A DNA stretch of 64,000 bases from Candidatus Bathyarchaeota archaeon (GCA_963827165.1 CAWGZR010000005.1:128001-192000), one strand, 5' to 3'; counted from the stretch's first letter, positions 19,964 to 30,558 are shown. Program-made: numbers and translations. The notes: generated by a model from the sequence alone, not told the origin.

Positions 19964-20126
19964 GTAAAGAGAGTTGCCCTTGAGCTATATAGACTTCGTT
20001 TCAAATCCGGGCAGCCCCATCACGGAAGTTTCTCAGATTCATTGAGACACACTGGAAAAAGAAAGGAAAACTAGGCAGTATAAACGGCGGTTGCTCGATA
20101 TCGGTTCCGCCCGGTCCACAAACAGT

Positions 20127-20573
20127 TCAACAACTCAGTTTTATCTCTTCCAGGAAAACTAAGGGGGTGTCAAATGGTTTTTTCCCCATTTCCTCTACCA
20201 ATTCTTGCTCTTGTCGGGCAAAAAGAGCGCCGCCGGTAATTTTATGAGTCAATGCCAAAGTGAAGCAGTCCGGTAGCGAAATGGCCCTTTTGCATTTGAT
20301 TTTGGCCGCTTCATCGATTAATCGTGAGGTCTCCTCAACCATAAAATATCCTGAATTAACGAGTTTGTTTACTCTTTCGCATGATTCCTGCAATCCAAGT
20401 TTTCTGCAGAGGATGTATCGCAGCTCTGTTATGGCTAACTCCGTAGTGTGGGCTTCAATTAAATTAGTTTCGAGCGCTTTTTTGAGTTTCTGTCCCAAAC
20501 TATCGCAGTATATTAGTTCAATTAATGCGCTTGTGTCTATTGCTAATTTTCCTTTCAAGTCTTGCATCGTCAA
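20127..20573 (-). CDS. vapC: VapC/PIN-domain toxin
   Basis: AIDTSALI, TELRYILCR, SLPDCFTLA; overlaps upstream antitoxin. Confidence 0.8.
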   Translation of the reverse strand: MTMQDLKGKLAIDTSALIELIYCDSLGQKLKKALETNLIEAHTTELAITELRYILCRKLGLQESCERVNKLVNSGYFMVEETSRLIDEAAKIKCKRAISLPDCFTLALTHKITGGALFARQEQELVEEMGKKPFDTPLVFLEEIKLSC

Positions 20574-20796
20574 GCTTCCGTTCTTTCTCTAATTCTTCGA
20601 GAGCCTCTGTAACTCCTCTGGTTGGGCTGCATGCTTCTTCAAGCAACCGAGAGTTTTTCTCCCGTTGATCCACCAGGAAACGAAGGGCGTCATTTAGGTC
20701 AACTCGGTGTCCCAACTTGATTTGAAGTTCGGATGCAACCTTCAAAAGTTTTTCTTTAACGTCCTCTGTTACTGATATTGTAGTCATTGAGACCAC
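20518..20796 (-). CDS. VapB-type antitoxin (RHH-like)
   Basis: MTTISVTEDVKEKL...VDLNDALRFL directly upstream of a PIN toxin. Confidence 0.75.
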   Translation of the reverse strand: MVSMTTISVTEDVKEKLLKVASELQIKLGHRVDLNDALRFLVDQREKNSRLLEEACSPTRGVTEALEELEKERKLDDARLERKISNRHKRIN

Positions 20797-20865
20797 ATCA
20801 GTTATATCAGCTATAGTAAATATAATTTATCTACCAATATATGAGTCAATACGCTATCCGCCCTC

Positions 20866-20990
20866 TAGTATGATCGCTGCTTTCGCAAAGCGGAAACCGT
20901 AACAACTCGCTGAACTCCTAAAAATGGAGAAAGGAAACGTAGGAGAGCACATTAGACGAGCTGAAAAAACATCATGGACTTTTTGATGAC
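20866..20990 (+). pseudogene. Remnant of a bacterio-opsin-activator-type HTH (HTH_10) gene
   Basis: 20903 onward reads QLAELLKMEKGNVGEHIRRAEK, like the LA..L......EHLRRAE motif; no intact ORF. Confidence 0.45.
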
Positions 20991-21031
20991 GTCGTAAACC
21001 TCGTTGAATGAATTAAAGTTTTGCCTCGTTA

Positions 21032-21161
21032 GAGAGTGTGAAAAACTCAAATTTATTTTAGGAAATTGCCGCTTATATTTTAAAATTCCGTCTTGAATCG
21101 CTACCAAATCGCTACAAAGGACACAATTTTCTGAACTTGAAGATAGTTTTTACACAGTCTC
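21032..21161. mobile_element. MITE copy 1 (130 bp, degenerate left TIR)
   Basis: GAGAGTGTGAAAAACT ... AGTTTTTACACAGTCTC; same length and ends as 53056-53185. Confidence 0.75.
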
Positions 21162-21471
21162 AAAAGGGTATGGGGACTGGCAGCTCCAAACCGTGGTCCA
21201 AATTTACGACAATGGCCCTATCCAATCAGTCGCAGCAAGAGACTCAGTCCTTTTCGGAGGGCAAGCCCTTCCTTTCTTGAAGGCTTAAAGCAGTTAAATC
21301 AAGTTGTCAAAACAGCAGGTTGTCACCTGGTCAAAAATCCCCCAAAAAACACATTCATCTTAATTTCACTAAACAGCCTAAAAAACGAACCCGTTTGCAG
21401 GGTAAAATCGCTTAGTCGGTACTGTAAATATTAATAAAACATGCTTTTCATTCATCCTTCCGGCGGTTTGG

Positions 21472-21936
21472 TTGGCTAGAAGAGTCTTGGTTACCTCAAT
21501 GCTTCTGGCGGTAGCTTGGGTCCTAATGTTGACCTACCAGATCTTTACAAAAACCGCTTTAACCACCTTCGCATCAGGCCTCAAGGCCGTCCCATATTTG
21601 GAAATGACGTTCAACTCCAACATCGGTCTTGCCGTTTTCATCTGTTCTTTCGCGTGGATGTTTGTACTCTCAACAGTTATCTCTAGCCTCATCTTTGGGA
21701 AGCAACGGCGGATTTTCATCCAGTTCCTAATCGGCTTGGCGTTGACGTTGACGGCTTCGGCGTTGTTTGACGCGGCTAAATGGTTCGGTTGGGACCTTTC
21801 AAATCCTAAAACATTGCTCGCGAATAGGTACGCACAAGTCTTCAACAGCGCAGTTTTCTCGGCGCTTTTCCTGTCCTTGCCGTTCGTTTTCATGATAGCG
21901 ATGGATTTGCGGGCTATGATAATAGCAAGAAAATAA
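21472..21936 (+). CDS. Hypothetical 4-TM membrane protein
   Basis: 154-aa hydrophobic ORF. Confidence 0.65.
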   Translation: MARRVLVTSMLLAVAWVLMLTYQIFTKTALTTFASGLKAVPYLEMTFNSNIGLAVFICSFAWMFVLSTVISSLIFGKQRRIFIQFLIGLALTLTASALFDAAKWFGWDLSNPKTLLANRYAQVFNSAVFSALFLSLPFVFMIAMDLRAMIIARK

Positions 21937-22058
21937 GCCTTCTCTGAATCCGCAATAGTTTAAACTAACTCATCATTAACGGAGGTCAAAGGGTTTCACC
22001 TGAATTTAGTTGGAATCGCAAAGCAGCCTATCCATAAGCAAAAGATAAACTTGTTTTA

Positions 22059-23282
22059 TCAAGTTTTCCAGTGTTTCAAGGCCATTTTCAGTTCCATATT
22101 AGACTTAGCGTACTCTTCCAACGTTTCTTTTTTTAAGACTGCGTCAACAGCTTGTCGCATCGCCTTAGCCCCTGCCGTTGTTCCGTCAGGGTGACCGTGG
22201 ATTCCTCCACCAGCTTGGATCACCACGTCGTTGCCGAATGTTTCAAGTAGCGCGGGAACCAGTGTTGGATACAATCCGCCTGAAGCTACAGGTAGGACGG
22301 TTTTTAGGTTGCCCAGTTGGTTTTTGCACGCATCGATGTTTTCAAGGACTTCAGCCTTGGTTTCACTCATTTTGCCGACGACGGTGCCCACGTGGAGTTG
22401 ATCGACTCCGATGACCCGTGCCACGATTGCTATGGGGCGCATGGCGATGCCGTGCAACTGGTTCTTGGTGAAAGCCGCGTGTCCTGCCCTATGCGCATGA
22501 ATGACTAGTTTAAGGTTTTGATCTCTGAGCGTCTGCAGAGCTGACCACCCCGTGGTTAAGATGTCCACCATCACGTATTCGCCGCCTTGAGCAACCACAG
22601 CTTCCGCCCGCTTCAGCATCAAATTTGTCTCAGCTGTGACGTTTATCATGTAAACTTTACGTTCCCCAGTCTCCTGCTGAGCCTTGTCACATTTGTCTAA
22701 GGTGTGTGCTAAGCGCTCTTCGAATGGGTTGAAAGATTGGCTGCTTAGGTTTTCGTCATCTTTCACAATGTCGCAGCCGCCGCTCCAAGCGTCATAAGCC
22801 ACCTTCGCGTGGTCTCGGGTGTTTAATCCGAGTTTAGGCTTGATTATTGTGCCGACCAATGGGCGTTCGGGAACTTTTAGGAGACTGCGGATTCCTGCTA
22901 TGCCGAAGGCGGGTCCTTTGAAGCTGTCCAGTAAGGCTTTTGGGAATTGGATGTCGAGGAGGCGAAGGTTTTTTAGAGCTTTTAGCCCGAAGACGTTTCC
23001 TGCTACACTGCTCAGGATGTTGGGCATGTTGACAGGTTCAAAAAGTTCTATGGGATAGGCTATTTTTATTACGTTAGCTTCAATGCTGAAGACGTGGGCT
23101 GCCAAGCGCTTAACGTAGGGTTTCTCAGTTGTGAGCTCTGTCCATGTGCCTATCGAGCTCTCAGCGGCTACTCCACCCGCGGCTTCTTGCAGGCTTATGC
23201 CCTCAGGTTCAACGTAAAATGTACATGTTAAATCGGTTTCTTTGGGTTCATAAGTAGGATCGATAAAGTCAAGATACTTCAC
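22059..23282 (-). CDS. rbcL: Form III ribulose-1,5-bisphosphate carboxylase
   Basis: AAESSIGTWT, GTIIKPKLGL, DIVKDDEN catalytic motif, HAHRAGHAA, GTVVGKM, SGGL, GGGIHGHP. Confidence 0.95.
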   Translation of the reverse strand: MKYLDFIDPTYEPKETDLTCTFYVEPEGISLQEAAGGVAAESSIGTWTELTTEKPYVKRLAAHVFSIEANVIKIAYPIELFEPVNMPNILSSVAGNVFGLKALKNLRLLDIQFPKALLDSFKGPAFGIAGIRSLLKVPERPLVGTIIKPKLGLNTRDHAKVAYDAWSGGCDIVKDDENLSSQSFNPFEERLAHTLDKCDKAQQETGERKVYMINVTAETNLMLKRAEAVVAQGGEYVMVDILTTGWSALQTLRDQNLKLVIHAHRAGHAAFTKNQLHGIAMRPIAIVARVIGVDQLHVGTVVGKMSETKAEVLENIDACKNQLGNLKTVLPVASGGLYPTLVPALLETFGNDVVIQAGGGIHGHPDGTTAGAKAMRQAVDAVLKKETLEEYAKSNMELKMALKHWKT

Positions 23283-23488
23283 GGTGTTCCTCTCTGCTAG
23301 TTTTAACTGGTTTAACCTTAAAATCTTTAACTATACTTGTTCGGACATAGTTAAAGAAACCCTTCCATGACTAATCTGCAGAAATCAGAGAAGCAACTGA
23401 AAGAAGGCTCCGTCAAGAAACTTTGACTAAAGTCAGTCAAGAAAATTTTACGAATATCCTTTTATCTTAACCAGTTCTATGAGGTATT

Positions 23489-24286
23489 ATGGGAAGTTTA
23501 GGTAAGAGTCTTGTTTTAATTCTTATTCTATTAGTGGTTATCTCAAGTGTAGGTCTATTGACAGATAAATCTGTAAGTGCTCAAACTGCGACTCCAATAT
23601 CGTCTATACCTGCTCCGACTGTTCCGCAATTCACGGTTAAGTTTAATTCAAATTTCATTAATGTGATTACAACCGACCCATACACAGGAGCAAATACTAC
23701 CACAACCCAAAACCAAAGCACCATAGAGTTATCGATTGCAAATCAACTCTATAGTTACTCTAACGGTTCAACATTCTCAATATACTACAATGTCAGAGTT
23801 AAAGGACACTTTGCTAACTCCTCTTGGACAGAGCTTTACCCAACAATACAGCTTCTACCACATACAGGGGATTATAACATAAATAACTTTCAACAATATG
23901 AGGTACCCTATATTTGGGGTGAAAATACTGGGAACCACCCAATTCTTCCCCAATCAAACACCACTTATACGACAGTATCAATTCCTGCTAACAGCTACCC
24001 CGTTGGTGGACAAGTGGATATTCAGGTAGAGGCAATGTTAGGTGTTAATTCAACATACTTCCTTTCCACTAACACCTTTTTTGCTATGGGTGACAACTAC
24101 TTACCTGCCATTGCTTATGTAACATCAAGCGACTGGAGCAACACACAAACAGTAACCATATCTGAAACTGCATCTTCTCCAACTCCGACCTCATTCATTC
24201 CAGAGCTATCTTGGTCGGTTATTGTGCCTTTGCTTCTTTCTGTGTTGTCTGTTGCTGTGATAGTTAGGCTTCGAAAAAACCGCTAA
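23489..24286 (+). CDS. Secreted Thr/Ser/Asn-rich surface protein with PEF-CTERM-like anchor
   Basis: Signal peptide; C-terminal PTPTSFIPEL + TM + RLRKNR; AT-rich relative to neighbours; paralog at 51705-52972. Confidence 0.75.
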   Translation: MGSLGKSLVLILILLVVISSVGLLTDKSVSAQTATPISSIPAPTVPQFTVKFNSNFINVITTDPYTGANTTTTQNQSTIELSIANQLYSYSNGSTFSIYYNVRVKGHFANSSWTELYPTIQLLPHTGDYNINNFQQYEVPYIWGENTGNHPILPQSNTTYTTVSIPANSYPVGGQVDIQVEAMLGVNSTYFLSTNTFFAMGDNYLPAIAYVTSSDWSNTQTVTISETASSPTPTSFIPELSWSVIVPLLLSVLSVAVIVRLRKNR

Positions 24287-24398
24287 CCAAAACAACAGAC
24301 TTTTCCTGATGAAACCGTAGTGGAATGTTTTGACGATTTTCTGACGTTTTGTAATCTTTAACTATTCCTAAATCTACTCAGTTACAGAGTGATTTGCA

Positions 24399-25943
24399 TT
24401 GGAGTTAAGGGTTGAAATCTTACCGATTATGACGGGCGGAAGCAGAATCGCCATCCTCAGCGAAGAAGCAGCCAGCTCTTTGGGCGTGCACAGTGCCGAC
24501 AGAATACGAATAAAATACGGCAGCCAAGAAATGATTGCCATAGCGAACATCGCAGCGTTCTTCTCGCCCAAACGCATCGGGCTCTATGACGAAACCGTTA
24601 AAGCGCTCGGCGTAAAGGAGGACGAAACAGTTTCGGTCCAGATAGCGCCGCTTCCCGAGTCACTTTTCAACGTGAGAGCAAAGTTACATGGGGAACGATT
24701 GCGCGAGAACGACATCATCACGATTGTCAAGGATGTAGTTGAACGCCACTTGAGTGCTTCTGAAGTGTCGGCTTTCTTAACCGCTCTTAGCATTTACGGG
24801 TTAAGTGCAAGCGAGAACGAAGCCTTGTCGAGAGCTATGGTTGCAACGGGAAAAACCATGAGTTTCGGCGAAGGTCCAATCCTTGATAAGCACAGCGTCG
24901 GAGGAATCCCCGGGGACAAAACATCCATGCTAGTTGTCCCCATAGTTGCAGCTGCTGGATACACTATTCCTAAAACTTCTTCACGTGCAATCACTTCCCC
25001 TGCAGGAACCGCAGACAGAGTGGAAACTCTTTGCCCCGTAAACCTAAGTATTGATGAGATTAAGGGGGTGGTGGCAAAGACTGGCGGGTGCTTGGTTTGG
25101 GGCGGGGCTTTGGAGCTTGCGCCAGCCGACGACCTCTTCATTCAAGTGGAGTATCCGCTGGGAATTGATCCAATGCTTTTGCCTTCGATTCTTAGCAAAA
25201 AGAAAGCCATGGGAGCCACGCATGTCGCTATAGATATTCCAACCGGCTTAGGCGCGAAAATTAAGACGCGGACTGAAGCGTACACGTTGGCTTCGGATTT
25301 TGTGGATTTAGGCAAACGTCTTGGTTTAAACATTCAGTGCGCGCTGACTTTTGGGGATCAGCCGCTTGGCTGCGGCATCGGACCCGCATTGGAGGCCAGA
25401 GAAGCCTTGTCGACTCTTCTTGGCGAGGGTCCCCCTGACCTGCGCGACAAAGCAGTTAGCCTTGCAGGGATGCTTTTTGAGATGGTTGGCGCAGAAAACG
25501 GACGAGCCAAGGCGGAGGACATGATTGACTCTGGAAAAGCAGCGGCGAAAATGAGGCAAATCATCGATGCCCAAGGTGGAAACCCGAAGGTCATGCCAGA
25601 CGATATCCCTGTTGGCCCGGAGTATGCTGAGGTGAAGTCTGAACGCGCGGGTAAGGTGATTTGGCTGAGCACGGACAATATTGTGCGGATTGCGCGGGAA
25701 GCCGGAGCGCCCAAGGAGAAAGGGGCAGGAATGATTCTTCATGCGAAACTCGGGGACGCGGTACGTAAAGATGGCGTGCTCTTTGAAATCTACGCTGAGA
25801 AAAGCAGCAAGTTGACGGCGGCTCTGGAACTTGCCAAGATGTTGCCGCCCGTTTTGTTGACGAATAAGCCTGCGGAGAAGATGATTCTGGATCAGGTGCC
25901 TGAGAAGCTTGCACGCGAAAAAACCTTCAGCTTAGACCGATAA
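24399..25943 (+). CDS. AMP phosphorylase (thymidine phosphorylase family)
   Basis: N-terminal double-psi-barrel-like region; DKHSVGGIPGDKT, PKTSSRAITSPAGTAD, GIGPALEA; near RuBisCO. Confidence 0.92.
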   Translation: MELRVEILPIMTGGSRIAILSEEAASSLGVHSADRIRIKYGSQEMIAIANIAAFFSPKRIGLYDETVKALGVKEDETVSVQIAPLPESLFNVRAKLHGERLRENDIITIVKDVVERHLSASEVSAFLTALSIYGLSASENEALSRAMVATGKTMSFGEGPILDKHSVGGIPGDKTSMLVVPIVAAAGYTIPKTSSRAITSPAGTADRVETLCPVNLSIDEIKGVVAKTGGCLVWGGALELAPADDLFIQVEYPLGIDPMLLPSILSKKKAMGATHVAIDIPTGLGAKIKTRTEAYTLASDFVDLGKRLGLNIQCALTFGDQPLGCGIGPALEAREALSTLLGEGPPDLRDKAVSLAGMLFEMVGAENGRAKAEDMIDSGKAAAKMRQIIDAQGGNPKVMPDDIPVGPEYAEVKSERAGKVIWLSTDNIVRIAREAGAPKEKGAGMILHAKLGDAVRKDGVLFEIYAEKSSKLTAALELAKMLPPVLLTNKPAEKMILDQVPEKLAREKTFSLDR

Positions 25944-26277
25944 ACGAAGCATCCTCAACAAAGCCATCTGCAAAATGCCGAACCGCTACCCGATTAAGGG
26001 TTGTGATGACCGCCGAGGGTTACGGATACGGGAAAGTGTAACTAAGAATCCGACAAGCCCCTAACCACGTGGTTCCCGTATTACTACGCGCCTTCAGGTC
26101 AATTCTGGCTTGAACACCTATAGATTTTAGGCCAAAACCAAAGAAGAACCTAACTACCCAGCCACGTAGACAAACGGGGGCAATTTAGATTATTTAGGGA
26201 ACAGTTAAGTAACTTTTGCCACTTAACATACGTTAATTTTAATAAAGGGATGTTGCAAGTATCCATAAAAGTAAACT

Positions 26278-27015
26278 TTGCGCAGGGAAGAAAAAAGGGG
26301 TAGTTTCTGGGATTTGACTAAGCGCCAAGCCGTTTGGGTAATGACAAAAAAAGTATTCAGCTTAACCCTGATTCTGAACGCGCTCATGACGGTAACGACG
26401 TTGGCGGGAATTCTATATGGTTTCTACTTTGCATGGCCATGGTGGAGACCCTACTATCCAATGCTGATCAGCGGCAACATTTTCGTCATAGCGATTATTG
26501 CTGCACTCATCAACATTTTCCCAAGCGCTGCCATCGGGCGAGCTCTACACACGGGACGCTTCCTATTCCACCACTACGTCTACGGCTTCTTTGTCCTGTT
26601 CACATCCGCCATCTACGTCGTCGCGTTCACTTCAGTTTCCTTAGTAATGCTTTTCCTCGTGAACTCCTCAAGCCTAGCAGTTAACACGGGAAGATTCTTT
26701 CTTTTGACAGGGTTAACTTTGGTTTTAGACGACCTTCCAGACGTTTCAAAAAGAGTCGAATCAACCCTGAACAAGATAAAATCGCAGGCTTGCCGAATAC
26801 GGAAAGTCTTCCATGTACTGCAATTCGTCACAGGCGCTGTCAGCCTCTACATCGTAATTGCCATAGTCGCCTTCGAAATCACTCATCCATCAACAAACAT
26901 CGCCAACTACCTTACACTGGGTACACTCCTAGTTACGAGTCTCACATCGTTTGCCTGCGTAAAAAGAAAAGCTTGGCTCAAAATAACGCCTCCAACAACA
27001 ACGAGCCAACATTAG
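26278..27015 (+). CDS. Hypothetical multi-pass membrane protein
   Basis: About 6 TM segments; HHYVYG and LVLDD motifs; start may be ATG at 26341. Confidence 0.65.
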   Translation: MRREEKRGSFWDLTKRQAVWVMTKKVFSLTLILNALMTVTTLAGILYGFYFAWPWWRPYYPMLISGNIFVIAIIAALINIFPSAAIGRALHTGRFLFHHYVYGFFVLFTSAIYVVAFTSVSLVMLFLVNSSSLAVNTGRFFLLTGLTLVLDDLPDVSKRVESTLNKIKSQACRIRKVFHVLQFVTGAVSLYIVIAIVAFEITHPSTNIANYLTLGTLLVTSLTSFACVKRKAWLKITPPTTTSQH

Positions 27016-27728
27016 CCTTTTTGTCTTAGAATTTCTTTTCCGATCTCTTCCAGCTGCCTCTGAGATAAGCCGCTGGAACTTCTTTGTGAGATTATGTGAT
27101 TTAGCAGCTGTGTAAGTTTGAGGATTGGAACAGTAGGATTGTTCAATCGCAGCGTTGAATGGCTGTTTGTGAAAACTACTATGCCTTCAACCCAGACCCC
27201 GTTCAAATTTAAAGAGGGAGAAGAGTCAATTATTTGTTTTATTTTGTAGGCGTTCCGCTTCACCTGCAGGCTTGGGCTACTTTTAAAATTGGGTCTACCC
27301 GCCCTTTGCCACTCGTCACCGCGGCAAGTTATCTCGCCGCTCCAGTTTTTGGTCTCCAAAACGAAGACGCCGTTTGGACCCAAAACGATGTGATCAATGT
27401 CGCCGCCGCCCGTGCGCAGATGCAGGTCGTTTAACAAAAAATAATCGTCGTTTAGCTTGCTGCTCAACAGTTTAGTTACTTGTTTTTCGCCTTCCCAGCC
27501 GCCGTTGTAAATTCGGTACTTGCGAAGGTAATAATAGAAGAGGGCAAGCGGTACCAGAGAAATAAGCAATGCAGCCGCCTCAAAAATGTACAAGTTCAAA
27601 CCTAAGAAAAAGCTTGAACCTGTTATGAGGACTATTAGACTGAACAAGAAAAGGCAAAAAGCCGCCTTCGCCAAGTACTTTCTAACCTGATTTCTCAAGT
27701 AACTGCCTGAACCCTTTATTTTCTTCAT
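27012..27728 (-). CDS. NERD-domain (nuclease-related) membrane protein
   Basis: Two N-terminal TMs; GWEGE, LNDL, DIDHIVLGPNGVFVLETKNWSG, SPSLQ. Confidence 0.85.
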   Translation of the reverse strand: MKKIKGSGSYLRNQVRKYLAKAAFCLFLFSLIVLITGSSFFLGLNLYIFEAAALLISLVPLALFYYYLRKYRIYNGGWEGEKQVTKLLSSKLNDDYFLLNDLHLRTGGGDIDHIVLGPNGVFVLETKNWSGEITCRGDEWQRAGRPNFKSSPSLQVKRNAYKIKQIIDSSPSLNLNGVWVEGIVVFTNSHSTLRLNNPTVPILKLTQLLNHIISQRSSSGLSQRQLEEIGKEILRQKG

Positions 27729-27881
27729 GAATCAGACCTTAGGACATTTTCGTTTTGATGCTATATTACCTTAATGCATTTTGCCCGTTTTACTTCAAGG
27801 AAAAACAAATCCGTTCTTCATTCCGTTTAGGCACGGGTAAAATTAGCAATCTTTATAATCACACATATTCAATGAGCAAGC

Positions 27882-29081
27882 ATGACTACCAAAAAAGAAA
27901 AAACTGTCCGCAGAATGTTTTTTCTTCCCGCTTTGGGATTGGCAGTCTTCTCTTCGTGGCTTGTGACAGTCACATTTGAGCTTCTTCTGATAAACATCGC
28001 CCACACGTTTAATGTTCAAGTGGGAACCGCAGGTCTTGTGGCCGCCGTGGGTTCCGTGTCGGGTATTGCCGCGGGGCTAATGTTATCTGTCATAAGCGTG
28101 CGTTTCAACCACAAAATACTTTTGATGTTTGGATCAGCTTGTACCAGCTTAGCAACGGTAGGCTTCTTTCTGGCCCCTACGTTTGGTTTGTTATTAGCCA
28201 CCAACATCGCAGTGGGAGCGGGAATAGCATTCGCTACTTCAATGGCTTACTCATTAATCGGGGATTTCTATCCGCTGGAAAAAAGAGGCCGAGCAATCGG
28301 CTGGATTGTTGCATCCACTGCGTTTGCTTACATCGTCGGAACCCCCGTAATAGGCGTAATTGCAGACATCAGTGGTTGGCGCGGGACCATGATTCTGTTT
28401 GCGTTGCCAGTTGCTTTGGCAGGTTTAGTCTTATCTTTTATTGCCGTTCCGAATAAATCAAACCACGACTTAATTATTCGAAAAGAACCGTTTTGGGAAG
28501 GTTGCAAACAGGCTGTCACAAACAGGTCGGCAGTCGCAGCTCTGTTTGTCACGATGTTCAGCATGGCTGAAGGATCAATAGGCTTCTATGCCGTTTCGTA
28601 TTTCAGGTCTCAATTTGCAATTACTATCGCATTGAGTTCCATCGTAATGTTGGTATGTAATGTTCTTTCGGCGGGCGGTGGGGTAGTTGCAGGTATGTTT
28701 GTCAATCGGATAGGTCGAAAGACTCTAGGAACGTTAACTTGCTTTCTCGCGGCTTCGTTTACATTGGCTTTTACTTTCATGCCTACCTTTAACTTGTCCT
28801 GGGCTTTGACTGCCCTCCGGTTTTGGTTTGCTGGAATGTCATTCACCGCGGGCGGCAGCCTAGTGATAGAGCAGCTTCCCAGATTCCGAGCAACCATGAT
28901 GTCGCTTAACACCACCTTCATGAACCTAGGCATGCTCGTGGCTTCTTTCACCGCCGCCTTCGCCCTTGACCTCTACAATTATCAAATATTAGCATTAATT
29001 CTTGGAGGATTGGGCGTAGTTGGAACAATTATCTGGGTAGCTCTCGTTACGGACCCTTGCAAAACTCAGGTTCAAACATAA
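27882..29081 (+). CDS. MFS transporter
   Basis: 12 hydrophobic segments; EKRGRAIG, NRIGRK loop motifs. Confidence 0.88.
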   Translation: MTTKKEKTVRRMFFLPALGLAVFSSWLVTVTFELLLINIAHTFNVQVGTAGLVAAVGSVSGIAAGLMLSVISVRFNHKILLMFGSACTSLATVGFFLAPTFGLLLATNIAVGAGIAFATSMAYSLIGDFYPLEKRGRAIGWIVASTAFAYIVGTPVIGVIADISGWRGTMILFALPVALAGLVLSFIAVPNKSNHDLIIRKEPFWEGCKQAVTNRSAVAALFVTMFSMAEGSIGFYAVSYFRSQFAITIALSSIVMLVCNVLSAGGGVVAGMFVNRIGRKTLGTLTCFLAASFTLAFTFMPTFNLSWALTALRFWFAGMSFTAGGSLVIEQLPRFRATMMSLNTTFMNLGMLVASFTAAFALDLYNYQILALILGGLGVVGTIIWVALVTDPCKTQVQT

Positions 29082-29148
29082 ACAAAAACAAGTTGATTAA
29101 AAACAAAAAATGTCGTTGCCGCAAAAGAGGCAATTGCTGCTTTTTGGT

Positions 29149-30558
29149 TTATTTTTTGTTCATAAGATATTCGTGCATTGCTCTTGCCGCGCGTTTGCCT
29201 GCGCCCATTGCGCTGATTACTGTTGCGGCTCCGGTGGCAACGTCTCCGCCCGCGTAGACTCCGTCTAAGCTGGTTTTGCCGACTTCGTTAACGCATATTG
29301 TTCCGTGTCGAGGGTCGCTTTGTAAACCGTCTGTGGTTCGCTGGATGATTGGGTTTGGTGTTTGTCCAATGGCAATGATTACTGTGTCAACGTCCATTGT
29401 GAACTCTGAGCCCGGAACTTCTCGTACACCTCGCCTGCCTTTTGCGTCAGGTTCGGTTAGCTCCATCGCTATACATTTCATGCTTTTGACCCAGCCGCTT
29501 TCATCGCCATAGAATTCTACTGGTGCGCCGAGAAACTTGCATACCAAGCCTTCTTCTTCAGCGTTCTCGACTTCTTCATGTCTCGCGGGCAACTCAGCAC
29601 GTGAACGTCTATATAGTAAGCAAACATCAGCGCCGAGGCGCATGCTACTTCTTGCGCAGTCCATAGCTACGTTTCCGCCGCCAATGACGACCACGTGTTT
29701 ACCAATGCGTATTGGTGTGTCGTAGTCTGGGAATTGGAATGCCTTCATAAGGTTAACGCGTATTAGGAACTCGTTAGCTGAGTAGATTCCGCCGAGGTTT
29801 TCTCCGCCGCAACCTGTGAACTGTGGCAAGCCTGCTCCGCTGCCGATGAATACTGCGTCGTAACCGTTTTTCATGAGTTCAGGTATTGTGTGGATTCTGC
29901 CTACGAGGTTGCCTAGGCGTAGGTCAACTCCGAGTTTTTGGATGTAGGTTACTTCGTTTTGCACTATTGCTTTGGGTAAACGGAACTCTGGAATGCCGTA
30001 CGATAACACTCCGCCGCCGACATGTAGAGCTTCGAACATTGTGATTTCGTGGCCAAGCTTTACAAGGTCAGCTGCCGCTGTTAAGCCGGCTGGACCTGCA
30101 CCTACTATTGCAACTTTTTTGCCTGTTGGTGCCGTTTTTGGTGGAAGTGCATAGCCATTGTCTCTTTCCCAGTCGGCTAGGAACCGTTCGAGACGTCCGA
30201 TGCTGAGTGGATCGCCCATTTTTCCGATTACACATTTGCTTTGGCATTGTACTTCTTGGGGGCAAACGCGTCCGCAAACTGCTGGCAACGCGTTTTTGGT
30301 CTTTATCAATGCTATTGCTTGGTCGTATTTTTTTTCTCTGAGCAGTTTTATGAAGCCGGGAATTGGAACTTCTACTGGACAACCGGTCATGCATTGTGGT
30401 TTAGGACATTGCAGGCATCGGCTTGCTTCTTCTTGCGCTTCTGTTTCATTGTATCCTAAAGCAACTTCACTGAAGTTTTTAGCTCTAACTTTAGGCTCTT
30501 GTTTAGCCATTTCAACGGCTTTCTTGTTTAACTTTGGTTTAGGCTTAACTTCTGCCAC
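29149..30558 (-). CDS. NfnB/SudA-type flavoprotein large subunit (GltD-like)
   Basis: EASRCLQC..P.C..GCPV, CGRVCPQE.QC, GAGPAG, YGIPEFRLP, GGGNVAMD, GGD..TGAATVI.AMGAG; GTG start after GGAGGT. Confidence 0.9.
   Translation of the reverse strand: MAEVKPKPKLNKKAVEMAKQEPKVRAKNFSEVALGYNETEAQEEASRCLQCPKPQCMTGCPVEVPIPGFIKLLREKKYDQAIALIKTKNALPAVCGRVCPQEVQCQSKCVIGKMGDPLSIGRLERFLADWERDNGYALPPKTAPTGKKVAIVGAGPAGLTAAADLVKLGHEITMFEALHVGGGVLSYGIPEFRLPKAIVQNEVTYIQKLGVDLRLGNLVGRIHTIPELMKNGYDAVFIGSGAGLPQFTGCGGENLGGIYSANEFLIRVNLMKAFQFPDYDTPIRIGKHVVVIGGGNVAMDCARSSMRLGADVCLLYRRSRAELPARHEEVENAEEEGLVCKFLGAPVEFYGDESGWVKSMKCIAMELTEPDAKGRRGVREVPGSEFTMDVDTVIIAIGQTPNPIIQRTTDGLQSDPRHGTICVNEVGKTSLDGVYAGGDVATGAATVISAMGAGKRAARAMHEYLMNKK

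Noticed and set aside
21235-21255. AGACTCAGTCC shared with 60255-60265 next to tRNA-Val
   Set aside because: Only 11 nt of identity; could be chance in 64 kb
25960-26200. Possible C/D-box sRNA or gene remnant (GTGATGA near 26003)
   Set aside because: No properly spaced CTGA D box and no recognisable protein motif
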